Shown: positions 9,548 through 18,756 of the stretch, piece by piece | Position numbering within the stretch: the first letter of the stretch is position 1 | How the letters are laid out: each line of letters starts with the position of its first letter | NCBI GenBank assembly: GCA_030141605.1 | Contig: JAQGDQ010001981.1 | Span: 1-18,756 of the forward strand | DNA length: 18,756 nt | Reading direction: 5' to 3' | DNA from: Tubiluchus corallicola | Lineage: Eukaryota > Animalia > Priapulida | The notes under the pieces: model-generated | The model's database searches: none | Seen by the model: only the letters and a program-made list of their open reading frames with translations | Told to the model about the DNA's origin: nothing | Translations under genes and position numbers: made by a program

Positions 9548-10052
9548 TCTTATATTAATATTCTTGGTATATATATTTATTTATTTATATATATATAAGA
9601 TTCGAGACTACAGCCCGGATGAGGGCACCATCTGCGGCCGAGGGTGGTGCTGGGTATGGATAGATAGCCCGTTCAGTGGTGGGTGTCATAGGCATATTTA
9701 GAATTGCCGAGAGGGCCACGGCGTCCCGCAACAGGCGTTTTCCCGGACCCAACTCGCGATTTTTTTTCGAAATTTTGACCAAACAGCCTGCGGAAAAAAC
9801 GTTCTAGCGGCGCCTGGTGGGACTCTCGGAAGGAGATATATAGCTCTTTACAAAGAGGAAGAACAGGGCTACACGATGATGCGGGTTATATTTTAGGGCA
9901 GGTCCACCGAGAGGAGTATCAACGAGTTAATTACGTGTTATATTTTCGACAATTTTCGCTTAGAAAACTGCTGACGCAAAGGCATTGTTCTGACGTCATC
10001 CATTATTGCTTATAACTTTAATTCAGCAAAATGCTGCCTGCTGGCTTTGCGT
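9548..10052 (+). mobile_element. Helitron copy, 5' end present, internally deleted, 3'-truncated
   Basis: Starts TCTTATATTAATATTCTTGG...AAGATTCGAG and is homologous to 15672-16526, with about 170 bp missing at gcggc|cgaggg (~9638). Homology ends at ctttgcgt, before the hairpin and CTAG. Confidence 0.78.
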
Positions 10053-10633
10053 CGAGAGCGAGAGAGAAAATAAAATAAGTTTGCATTAAGTATAATATTT
10101 TGAAAACCAGCAATAGTATGTCTTCCCTTTAATTTTGATTTTAAATGCGTAATACTAAATCTATCTACAGTCGTTTTTCTCAACTCATTTGCTTACTTGT
10201 TAAGCACTACTTATTGTTTGTTAATTATTATCATTTTTCGCAGTTACTATTTTTTTCTTGTTTTTCCGATCTTGTTCTTTATAAAATAAATTTATTTGAG
10301 GTTCATCGCACAAAATCAAAGCCGTACTGCATTTTGGCTCATCCACAATATTATTAAAGTACAAATTATATAACTTGTGTATGAGTTCTCAGCTTACAGC
10401 ATATAGAGGCAAATAATGGCTAATACGTTCAAAACGATATTATTTGATTGAATATTAATCACTAAACAGTTAAAACTAAGTTTTATTTGACATATGCAAT
10501 GTGTATATTATTGTTATGAAGGAAACAAAAATAAAAATATTGTGTTTGAATTTATGTTTAAAATTAAATTTTAATAATTAGGGGAAAGTTGATCATAGTG
10601 CAAAATCAGAATTTTCTTTCGGATAAATTTTGT

Positions 10634-10649
10634 GGCCCTGAAAAGGGCC
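10634..10649 (-). promoter_or_regulatory. Replication-dependent histone mRNA 3' stem-loop, with downstream purine-rich element at ~10612-10620
   Basis: Minus strand: CCAACC-GGCCCT-TTTC-AGGGCC-ACAAAA, 34 nt after the H2B stop codon, followed 13 nt later by GAAAGAAAA. Confidence 0.93.
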
Positions 10650-10683
10650 GGTTGGTTATTTTATGCATCCGTAGATGAGCTCT

Positions 10684-10785
<102 letters not shown>

Positions 10786-11073
10786 TCATTGTGAGTTACA
10801 GAAATTGTAAACAGTTTTTCCACATCTACAATTGTTCCCTCTGGTTGGGCGCCGTCTTTGTGGAAAGTATGGTCGTTGTCTGTGTCTGTTTCTGTGTTGT
10901 TGATTTTGTTGATGTATATTTTGATGTATTTGCTGGTAGTGGTTTTGCTGTTCTTCTAATTGTTGCTGTTGCTGTTGTTGTTGTTGTTGTTGTTGTGGTT
11001 GTTGTTGTTGTTGTTGGTGTTGTTGTTGTTGTTGTGGCTGTTGTTCTTGTGGCTCTTGATGCTGTTGTTCTTG
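10786..11073 (-). other. Start-less poly-Q open frame (95 codons + TGA) over a (CAA)n repeat; probable gene fragment
   Basis: QEQQHQEPQEQQPQ...QLEEQQNHYQQIHQNIHQQNQQHRNRHRQRPYFPQRRRPTRGNNCRCGKTVYNFCNSQ*. Cut off upstream by the Helitron 5' end at 11074. Confidence 0.5.
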
Positions 11074-12057
11074 TCTATTTATTAATATTCTTGGTATATA
11101 TATTTATTTATATATATATAAGATTCCTCGGGTGGGAGTAAACCCCTACCGGGCGCATCCCCCGGGTGGCGGATGGGGGACCCCTGGCTCACGAGCCAGG
11201 GTGCTCCGAATATTCAAATAAGGAGCTGTGGACCAAATCCTTCAGGATAGACCTAGCAAGTCACTGAAGTATTTTTTGCTCAAGTAACTCATGGCGCGGC
11301 TGACAGATGAAAATCTACCAGGAGGATGGTGAGAAAGAAAGATATATAAGATTCGAGGCTACAGCTTCGATGAGGGCACCATTTGCGGCGATCTATACAT
11401 CAAACGAAAGGTCTCGATCTAGTGTCGTCTCATTGATGGTTTATTTTTCGAATCGCGCCCACCGGGAGGAAGGGGGGCGAAAAACCTCCGAAATGGCCAT
11501 TTTTCGGACGTTTTTTGCAAAAGTTATAGATGTGGAGAACGGGAACGGGTCGACGTTGGTGCTGGGTATGGATAGATAGCCCGCTCAGCGATGGGTGTCA
11601 TAGGCCTATTTAGAATTCGCGAGAGGGCCACGGCGTCCCGTAACGGGCGTTTTCCCGGACCCAACTCCCGATTTTTTCGAAATTTTGGAGAAACGTTCTA
11701 GCGGCGCCTGGTGGGACTCTCGGAAGACGATGTGGGGCTCTTTAGAAAGAGGCAGAACGGGGATATACGATGATGTGAGCTACATTTTAGGACAGGTCCA
11801 CCGAGAGGAGTACTGGCGAGTTAATTACATGTTCTATTTTCGGCAATTTTCGCTTAGAAAACTGCTGACGCAAAGGCATTGTTCTGACGTCATCCATTGT
11901 ACTCTGTCTATAATCTTATAGCTTTAATTCAGCAAAAAGCTGCTACAGGCTTTGCGTTAGGTAAGTAGGCAGGATGTTCGCGTATTTTTGAGGACTATGT
12001 AAGATGTTCGCGTATTATTGATTACACGTGTATTTATACGCAAAATCTTTTGTCTAG
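11074..12057 (+). mobile_element. Non-autonomous Helitron with damaged 3' end and nested RTE-derived insertion; forms the inner edge of the right arm
   Basis: 5' TCTATTTATTAATATTCTTGG; 3' CGCAAAATCTTTTG-TCTAG (12039-12057). Carries a 16-bp deletion near 11687 relative to the left copy. Confidence 0.78.
11127..11341 (+). mobile_element. 215-bp RTE-LINE-derived non-autonomous retroelement with 13-bp TSD
   Basis: TSD ATATATAAGATTC at 11114-11126 and 11342-11354; short (GAAA)-type 3' tail. GCAAGTCACTGAAGTATTTTTTGCTCAAGTAACTCATG resembles, from memory, the RTE/BovB 5'-UTR motif GGCAAACCACTTCAGTATTCTTGCC...AACCCCATG. GC-rich hairpins in the 5' half. Confidence 0.7.
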
Positions 12058-12584
12058 GTGCATCCCAGTCTTGCTATGGAGCACGGGAACTAACTAAATG
12101 TCTCGTGGAATACAAGGTGGCATTTTGCATAGATTCATTATAGGATTAACATAACTTAAGTTTTTTTGATGAATGCTTTAGTTAGAGAACATACTGATAT
12201 TCAACTAAACACAGACAAAAACAAAATGCAAAAGGATGATTATGTAGCACATTATTATATATATTTTAACCACAATAAAATAGACACATAAGTGTTGAAA
12301 TAGACTACTTGTTATAATCTATCGTTGCACAGAGTAGATAGGTGCTATCATGTCTATACAACTGGTTCGTATCTTTGTCAAGCTAAAACAGTAATAACTC
12401 ATAACGACTTAAATAGCCCGATGATTAGAAATAATAGCAAAATAACACAAAGTAAAAAGCCCTAACCACATTGAGCTAGAAGCACATATGGTAGAATAAG
12501 GCTCAATTCTCCTTGCATCTCACATTCACCATGCCAATTAAATAGGAAGGTGAAACTTACTATTCAGTTTATTTATAACTTAAA

Positions 12585-13991
12585 CTACGGATTTGTGTAA
12601 TGCTTTACTCGATAATAAAGTGATTCTATTATGAAAGTAAAAAGTGCTATGCTCATTCCAAAAAGAATTACCCAGAACACAGCACTAAGCTGTTCTACAG
12701 GAATTGCTTCTGCTTCTACAGTTTGAATGGGTGTGTCCAAACACTGTTGTGACAGATGTAGCATATTCTCCAGTTTCCCTGCTATCATATCACTTTGCAG
12801 TAATGTAGCAATGCCGTGGTTCAATGCTTCTGTGAAATTACTTTCTCTTGGTACTGCAAAGGACATTTGTAGTGGTAAAGTGGTGACTGGTGCTATAGAA
12901 AATCTACATTTTCGATGTAATTTGAAATCATGGACAATGTCTAACTTTGCGTAGATTCCATTGCGAAAGTGTGTATACCTTCCTGTAGCCGTAAGATCTA
13001 ATGCTGTTGCTACATCATCCACAGGTACATTCTTGTCAATTTCCATTTTCTTCCACAGCTTGCTATAATCTGTATCAGGTGGGCTGTTTTTTAAGATAGA
13101 AGTAGCAGCAAAGTCTCCAATAGTTACAGGAACAATGTTGCTGTCTACTAATTCTTGTAAAGTTGAGAATACATGGTGTTGGTGGCTTACAAACAGCTTA
13201 CTGACCAATGTTCCTGTGTACATGGCAATTAAAATAATAACAAACAGCCACCAGCATCCGGTAAAAATCCGAGCTGCCAAACGCTGGGGTAAGTAAGTTC
13301 CACCTTGCTGCAGAAATGAGGCTAGGGTATATTGAATGTAGTATTTTATGCCTGTTTTAGTAGGCCTGCTGCTTATTTGCCTGAAATCATTTTCATTGCA
13401 TATCGTCTTTGTTTGACAATCGAAACAGTATAATATTGGCCCAGCCAAGAGCCCGAATATTATCAGAAGTAACCAAACCGGGGTGCTGAAGGGATCTGTT
13501 AAGTTAAATCCCTGTAATTTATTCCTCTTTGTAACGAACACATGTGACGAATATGCGAGAGGATGTAGAAAAGTCATGTATTTCATTCTTTCTCTGAGTA
13601 ATGTCACCGGTCCAAATATGTCCACCTCAGCCTTTTCAGCCACCATTTCAGCACTTTCTAAAGCTTCTATGGTCTTTATGTTAAAGCTGAAGTTTAATGC
13701 ATTACTCAGTAACTTTACCACATCAATTGTAAAATGTGCAGTGGGATCGCCGTCCCAAATCCCCACTGCAAGTTGAGCACCTTTAAGGGAGTAGTCCTGT
13801 GCATCCTGTTTGTTTTCGTAAAACGCCACATATTCTTTTTGAATGCCGGTCTTTTGGTTTCTGAGGTGCTTAATCGGAATGATTTTTCGCTTTTTGTCCA
13901 GTTTGATTTTGCACTCACTGATGCAAAATATGTCCAGAAACTGAAAAGTAATGATGCAAACAAGAAACAGCTGTATCTGTCTGGAAATCAT
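12585..13991 (-). CDS. Ionotropic receptor, iGluR superfamily (divergent IR-like, 468 aa), copy 2
   Basis: Translation in the ORF track is identical to copy 1; mirror position in the right arm. Confidence 0.93.
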   Translation of the reverse strand: MISRQIQLFLVCIITFQFLDIFCISECKIKLDKKRKIIPIKHLRNQKTGIQKEYVAFYENKQDAQDYSLKGAQLAVGIWDGDPTAHFTIDVVKLLSNALNFSFNIKTIEALESAEMVAEKAEVDIFGPVTLLRERMKYMTFLHPLAYSSHVFVTKRNKLQGFNLTDPFSTPVWLLLIIFGLLAGPILYCFDCQTKTICNENDFRQISSRPTKTGIKYYIQYTLASFLQQGGTYLPQRLAARIFTGCWWLFVIILIAMYTGTLVSKLFVSHQHHVFSTLQELVDSNIVPVTIGDFAATSILKNSPPDTDYSKLWKKMEIDKNVPVDDVATALDLTATGRYTHFRNGIYAKLDIVHDFKLHRKCRFSIAPVTTLPLQMSFAVPRESNFTEALNHGIATLLQSDMIAGKLENMLHLSQQCLDTPIQTVEAEAIPVEQLSAVFWVILFGMSIALFTFIIESLYYRVKHYTNP

Positions 13992-14055
13992 ATCTCTGCG
14001 GTTCTGTATTATTTGTGATCATGAACACCACTGAAACCCTTCAAATGTCATTACA

Positions 14056-14171
14056 TTATGCTTTGTTATGCTGAAGAGCAAAGATACAAACAAGAAACAG
14101 CAGCGCCTGTTTGGAAATCATTTCTCTCCGGCTCTCAGTTACTTGTGATCGTGATAAGCACTGAAAACCTT
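14056..14171 (-). pseudogene. Mirror copy of the duplicated IR 5' end / signal-peptide upstream ORF
   Basis: Reverse complement of 4583-4698. Confidence 0.8.
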
Positions 14172-14552
14172 TGTCACTATATTTTGCTTTTGTTTCAACT
14201 GCAAATGCTAAGCTTAAAGGCCTTTCACACAGGCTATCTGCTAATTAATATTATGCTCTTTCAACAGTAGTAAATAAATATTTCTTCTTTGTCTCGGGCA
14301 ACTGTTCTGTGTGACTCTATACGAACTCTGTCATAAACTGAAAGAAATCGGTCAATATTTGTCTGCTGCCGTTATAGTTCCTTGTTGTAGCTCGTGTTTT
14401 TTGTGCTGGTAAGATAAATAAAAATGACAAAAGCAGACAATAAGCATGCGAGTGTCATTAAATAAGCACTGCTTTTGATAGTCTATTGAAAACAAGTGTC
14501 TGCTAATAAAAAGAAGTGTCAACGAATGTAAATATCCGGAAGAGTGCTTTAA

Positions 14553-15009
14553 CCCTTTCAATCCCAAATTATTTTTTAAATAAAAAATTTTTTGGCTTGG
14601 TACTTTTGTTCAGTATGTCCATCTTGTTTACACATAATAATTATTTTTTTCTATCTGTGCCCGCATGCTAAATATAGTCTGTATTCCACGGGATACATTG
14701 AGATTCAATGGAAGCATAAAATGTGCTTCATTTTGCAACTGCTGAAAATTTTTTAAAGTATTTAAGACATTTAGTATGCACGCTATGCTGATCTGTACAA
14801 TGTCGTCTCTAAAGTACTGTACCTTGCGCAGTTTTTTATGCTATGTAGATTTTCTAGTTTGCCATTTTATCACCATTTTTAGTCTATTGTTATTGGCTTA
14901 AATCAAAATAACTATTAACAGATCAAATAACTGTCAGTTTTAAAATTTTATTAATTTTAAAGGCAGAAAATATTCTCATATCCCACGGGATACAACGGGT
15001 ATGAAAGGG
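14553..15009. mobile_element. piggyBac-type MITE, mirror copy
   Basis: ttaa|CCCTTTCA ... TGAAAGGG|ttaa; reverse complement of 3745-4201. Confidence 0.85.
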
Positions 15010-15386
15010 TTAACACTGAAAGCAATTATCATCTGATGTTTGACAAAAGGAAGAGAAAATAAAATTTATAATAACTGAGGTGTTGGCTATTTTATAGTAA
15101 AACAAAAGTTTGCTATTCTGTAACAGCAGTACGTTTAGTGTTATACGAAAATACAGTTGTTCCATCTATAACCAATAACAGTGAGACTTGGACTAGCCTC
15201 ACTCAAACAGAAGTGGATATGATAGAATGTTTTCAGAGAGAAAACATTCAAATAACTTTGTGAACCAACTTCCTCGTGAGAAAATGAAGCAGCTGAGTTT
15301 GAAGGAATCTTTGTAACTTTTGCAAATAAGCAGACTTGTGTGATTTAGAAAAGTATACTTTTTAATTTATTGCTAATTCACATTCA

Positions 15387-15671
15387 TCTCTTATATTAAT
15401 ATTCTTGGTATCTTAATATATTTATTTATATTTTCGCTTAGAAAACTGTGGTGACGCATTCCATTGTGCTGACGTCATCCATTGTACTCTGCTTATAACT
15501 TTAATTCAGTAAACGCTGCCTGCTGTACTAAAAGCTGTTTTGTGTTAGATAAACATACAGTAGGCAGCATGTTACGGGCTTTGTGTTATAAATGAGAACT
15601 TGGTAGGACGTTCGCGTATTATTGATTACACGTGTATTTATACGCAAAATCTTTTGCGGGGCCTTTGCTAG
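15387..15671 (+). mobile_element. Internally deleted Helitron, 285 bp
   Basis: a|TCTCTTATATT ... CGCAAAATCTTTTGCGGGGCCTTTGCTAG; mirror of 3083-3367. Confidence 0.8.
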
Positions 15672-16526
15672 TCTATTATATTAATATTCTTGGTATGTTA
15701 TATATATATATATATTTGTTTATTTATTTATATATATATATATAAGATTCGAGGCTACAGCCCGGACGAGGGCAGCATTTGCGGCGATCTATACATCAAA
15801 CGAAAGGTCTCGATCTAGTGTCGTGCCATTGATGGTTTATTTTTCGAATCGGGCCCACTGGGAGGAAGGGGGGGGCGAAAAACCTCCAAAAATGGCCATT
15901 TTTCGGCCGTTTTTGTAAAACTTATACCTCTTATTTCTGAAGAACTGGAATGGGCCGAGGGTGGTGCTGGGTATGGATAGCTAGCCCGTTCAGCGGTGGG
16001 TGTAGTAGGCATATTTAGAATTTACGAGAGGGCCACGGCGCCCCGCAACGGGCGTTTTCCCGGACCCAACTCGCGATTTTTTCGAAATTTTGACCAAACA
16101 GCCTGCGGGAAAAACGTTCTAGCGGCGCCCGGTGGGACTCTCAGAAGGGATATATAGCTCTTTGAAAGAAGAAGAACAGTGCTACACGATGATGTGGGTT
16201 ATATTTTAGGGCAGGTCCACCGAGAGGAGTATTAACGAGTTAATTACGTGTTCTATTTTCGACAATTTCCGCCTAAGAAAACTGCTGGCGCAAAGGCATC
16301 GTAGTGACGTCATCCATTATTGTTTATAGCTTTAATTCAGCAAAAAGCTGCTTTGCGTTAGTTAAACATACAGTAGACAGGAGTAAACGCTGCTACAGTC
16401 TTTGCGTTAGGTAAGTAGGCAGGATGTTACGGGCTTTGTGTTATAAATGAGGACTAGGTAGGATGTTCGCGTATTATTAATTACACGTGTATTTATACGC
16501 AAAATCTTTTGCGGGGCCTTTGCTAG
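15672..16526 (+). mobile_element. Non-autonomous Helitron, 855 bp, both termini intact
   Basis: TCTATTATATTAAT ... hairpin + CTAG; mirror of 2227-3082. Confidence 0.82.
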
Positions 16527-16575
16527 TCTATTATGTTAATATTCTTGGTATATATATTTATATATAAGATTCGAG
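16527..16575 (+). mobile_element. Helitron 5'-terminal fragment
   Basis: CTAG|TCTATTATGTTAATATTCTTGG...AAGATTCGAG, then unrelated sequence. Confidence 0.7.
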
Positions 16576-16649
16576 TATATGGTTTAGCGATAATGCAATT
16601 GTTAAAATAATTAATGTTGTTGAACAGTGTGCTACATTTTGTTGTTAGA

Positions 16650-17034
16650 ATACTTTTTAGGCCCATTTGCGGTCCATCATAATAGTTTTTAGGCCTATTT
16701 GCTGTCCATTGTAACAGTTTTTAGGCCTATTTGCGGTCCATTGTAATAGTTGTTAGGCCTATTTGTGGTCCATTGTAATAGTTTTTAGGACTAATTCCGG
16801 TCCGTCGTAATAGTTTTTAGGCCTATTTCCGGTCCATTGTAATAGTTTTTAGGCCTATTTGCGGTCCATTGTAATAGTTGTTAGGCCTATTTGTGGTCCA
16901 TTGTAATAGTTTTTAAGGACTAATTCCGGTCCGTCGTAATAGTTTTTAGGCCTATTTCCAGTCCATCGTAATAGTTTTTAGGCCTATTTCCGGTCCATCG
17001 TAATAATTTTTAGGCCTATTTCCGGTCCATCGTA
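16650..17034. repeat. 32-bp minisatellite, mirror copy
   Basis: Reverse complement of 1719-2103. Confidence 0.93.
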
Positions 17035-17718
17035 TTAATTGTTGTAACTATGATAATAATAACTTAAAATTGACAATTTCTTGAGGGGAGTTTATGACCC
17101 AATAAAATTCGATGCAAAATTCGTCTGTTGGCCGAGTTTGAATGTAATTTTTGTTGTTCTTTCTTGTTCTGCACGTCTCATATGTGCAGAAGAAGCCGTC
17201 CCGAATTCTGCATAACTGAAGAAGTTACAACACATTAAAGCACAAGAAAATCCCCCACTTACTTAAACATTTGTCTTAAAATTGTATACCTCCTACTTAC
17301 TGCCTTTTTCACATATTTTCACTGATTGATCATCTCTGTAAAGTTTTTATCAGTGATTATCGATGTATTTTTATTATAATAATTATTATAATAAAGATTA
17401 TTATATATATATACATATATACAGAGAAATACAATCCTCGTTGCATATAGGTATCTTAAATTTAGTGTTCTGTTATTCATACTGGGATTTTCAAGAAGTG
17501 GGAGCTTATTGTTTTTGAAAGGAGAATTAAAAATGTAAGAACTATATCATTTATGAGAATTGTGTACAATGAATCTATAGTGACTACACTGACTTGTTAA
17601 TCAGCTAGGCATATACATTTAATGCACTAGAAATGGAAGAAATGCTTGGAAAATTAAATTTCAGGTTTATAGAATGTTTAGCTTGGAAATAAGATATCGA
17701 AAGTGATACCGAAACCTA

Positions 17719-17765
<47 letters not shown>

Positions 17766-18136
17766 GATAATGACAATAATGACGACGACAATGATGATGT
17801 TATGATGAAGATGATGAAGACGATGATGATGATGATGGTGGTGGTGATGATGATGACGATGACGACGATAATGACGTTGATGACGATGATGATGATGACG
17901 ATGATGAAGATAATGACGATGATAACGTTGATGACGACGACAATGATGATGATGATGATGACGACGACGATGACGACGACGTCGAGGACGATGATGATGA
18001 TGACGACGATGATGATGATGATGATGTTATGATGAAGATGATGACGATGATAATGATGATGATGATGTTATGATGAAGATGGTGACGATAATGACAATGA
18101 TGACGATGATGTTATGATGATGATGATGATGATGAT
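17719..18136. repeat. Imperfect (ATG/ACG)n microsatellite, mirror copy
   Basis: Reverse complement of 619-1036, same length. Confidence 0.95.
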
Positions 18137-18756
18137 TACTGAAAAGAAATCTATTAAGAAACAAACAAACTTTTTGCCTTAAAAGTTTACCTATTTTCTC
18201 AAAACCATTTTCGTTGAATTTAACCTAAAATCAGCAGGTTTAAACCAATAAGTTTCACCAGTAGGCTATTCAACATATACGATTCATATCGTGTTACTTG
18301 AATTCACGACTTTGTCCATTCTTAAGCCCATAGATATTAGGTTTAAAAAGAGATAAGCTTGTAAGCAAAATTCCATAATAACTTGCTTTTTCAGTATTAA
18401 GTTCAACTGGTGTTTGATTCGTCACGGTTTAAATTGTGCCACTAGTGATTATCAACAAAGAAGATTGGATGCTCCAAAAACCCAGAGGCGATGAGCTTAT
18501 TCAGAAAATTCGTAAAATTTAATACAGGATTTCGCAGATTCTACCATATTCCAAACGTCGGTTTGTAAAATTCAGCAGTTTTAGTGGTTTGCGTTTGCTG
18601 CAGATGATAGTTTTCGTAGTCTTAGCTCTGCTTTATTGCATTTTGCACAAAGGAAATTTGTGCATTTCATCAAGCCAACTGTTCTTGTGTTTGGCAAAAA
18701 AACTTGTCATAACATCAAGTGCAACTGGTTGGCTTGAATGTTTCTTTCACTTGGCG

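Larger units (their letters stand above)
11088..18756. repeat. Right arm of giant inverted repeat (palindrome)
   Basis: Reverse complement of 1-7682. Indels seen by eye (left-arm coordinates): 2 bp at ~507, 2 bp at ~1140, 1 bp at ~2840, 16 bp at ~7067-7082. These account for the mirror-coordinate sums 18757/18755/18753/18754/18770. Confidence 0.97.

Noticed and set aside
17098-17238. Short Cys-rich frame PNKIRCKIRLLAEFECNFCCSFLFCTSHMCRRSRPEFC... resembling an AN1-type zinc finger (mirror ~1515-1655)
   Set aside because: No start codon, an incomplete motif, and under 50 codons; cannot be supported without a profile search.

Overview
AT-rich animal (protostome-like) genomic DNA, not prokaryotic. 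The whole window is one large palindrome: a left arm (1-7682) and a right arm (11088-18756) are near-identical inverted copies around a unique spacer of about 3.4 kb. Each arm carries an intact, single-exon, 468-aa ionotropic receptor (iGluR-superfamily, divergent IR-like) gene, and the two copies point toward each other. The gene lies among non-autonomous Helitron copies (5'-TC start, 3' hairpin plus CTAG end), including head-to-tail CTAG|TC tandems. Both inner arm boundaries fall at Helitron 5' termini, and the Helitron next to the gene has a damaged 3' terminator, which suggests Helitron read-through (3' transduction) duplicated the receptor gene. The arms also hold a piggyBac-type MITE (TTAA), a 215-bp RTE-derived insertion with a 13-bp target-site duplication, a 32-bp minisatellite and a (CAT)n-derived microsatellite. 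The spacer contains a further Helitron fragment, a 31-bp minisatellite, a solo tandem-repeat TIR, and two gene fragments missing from the ORF track: the 3' end of a replication-dependent histone H2B gene with its stem-loop, and a poly-Q reading frame in frame with it. All alignments were done by eye; no database search was run.
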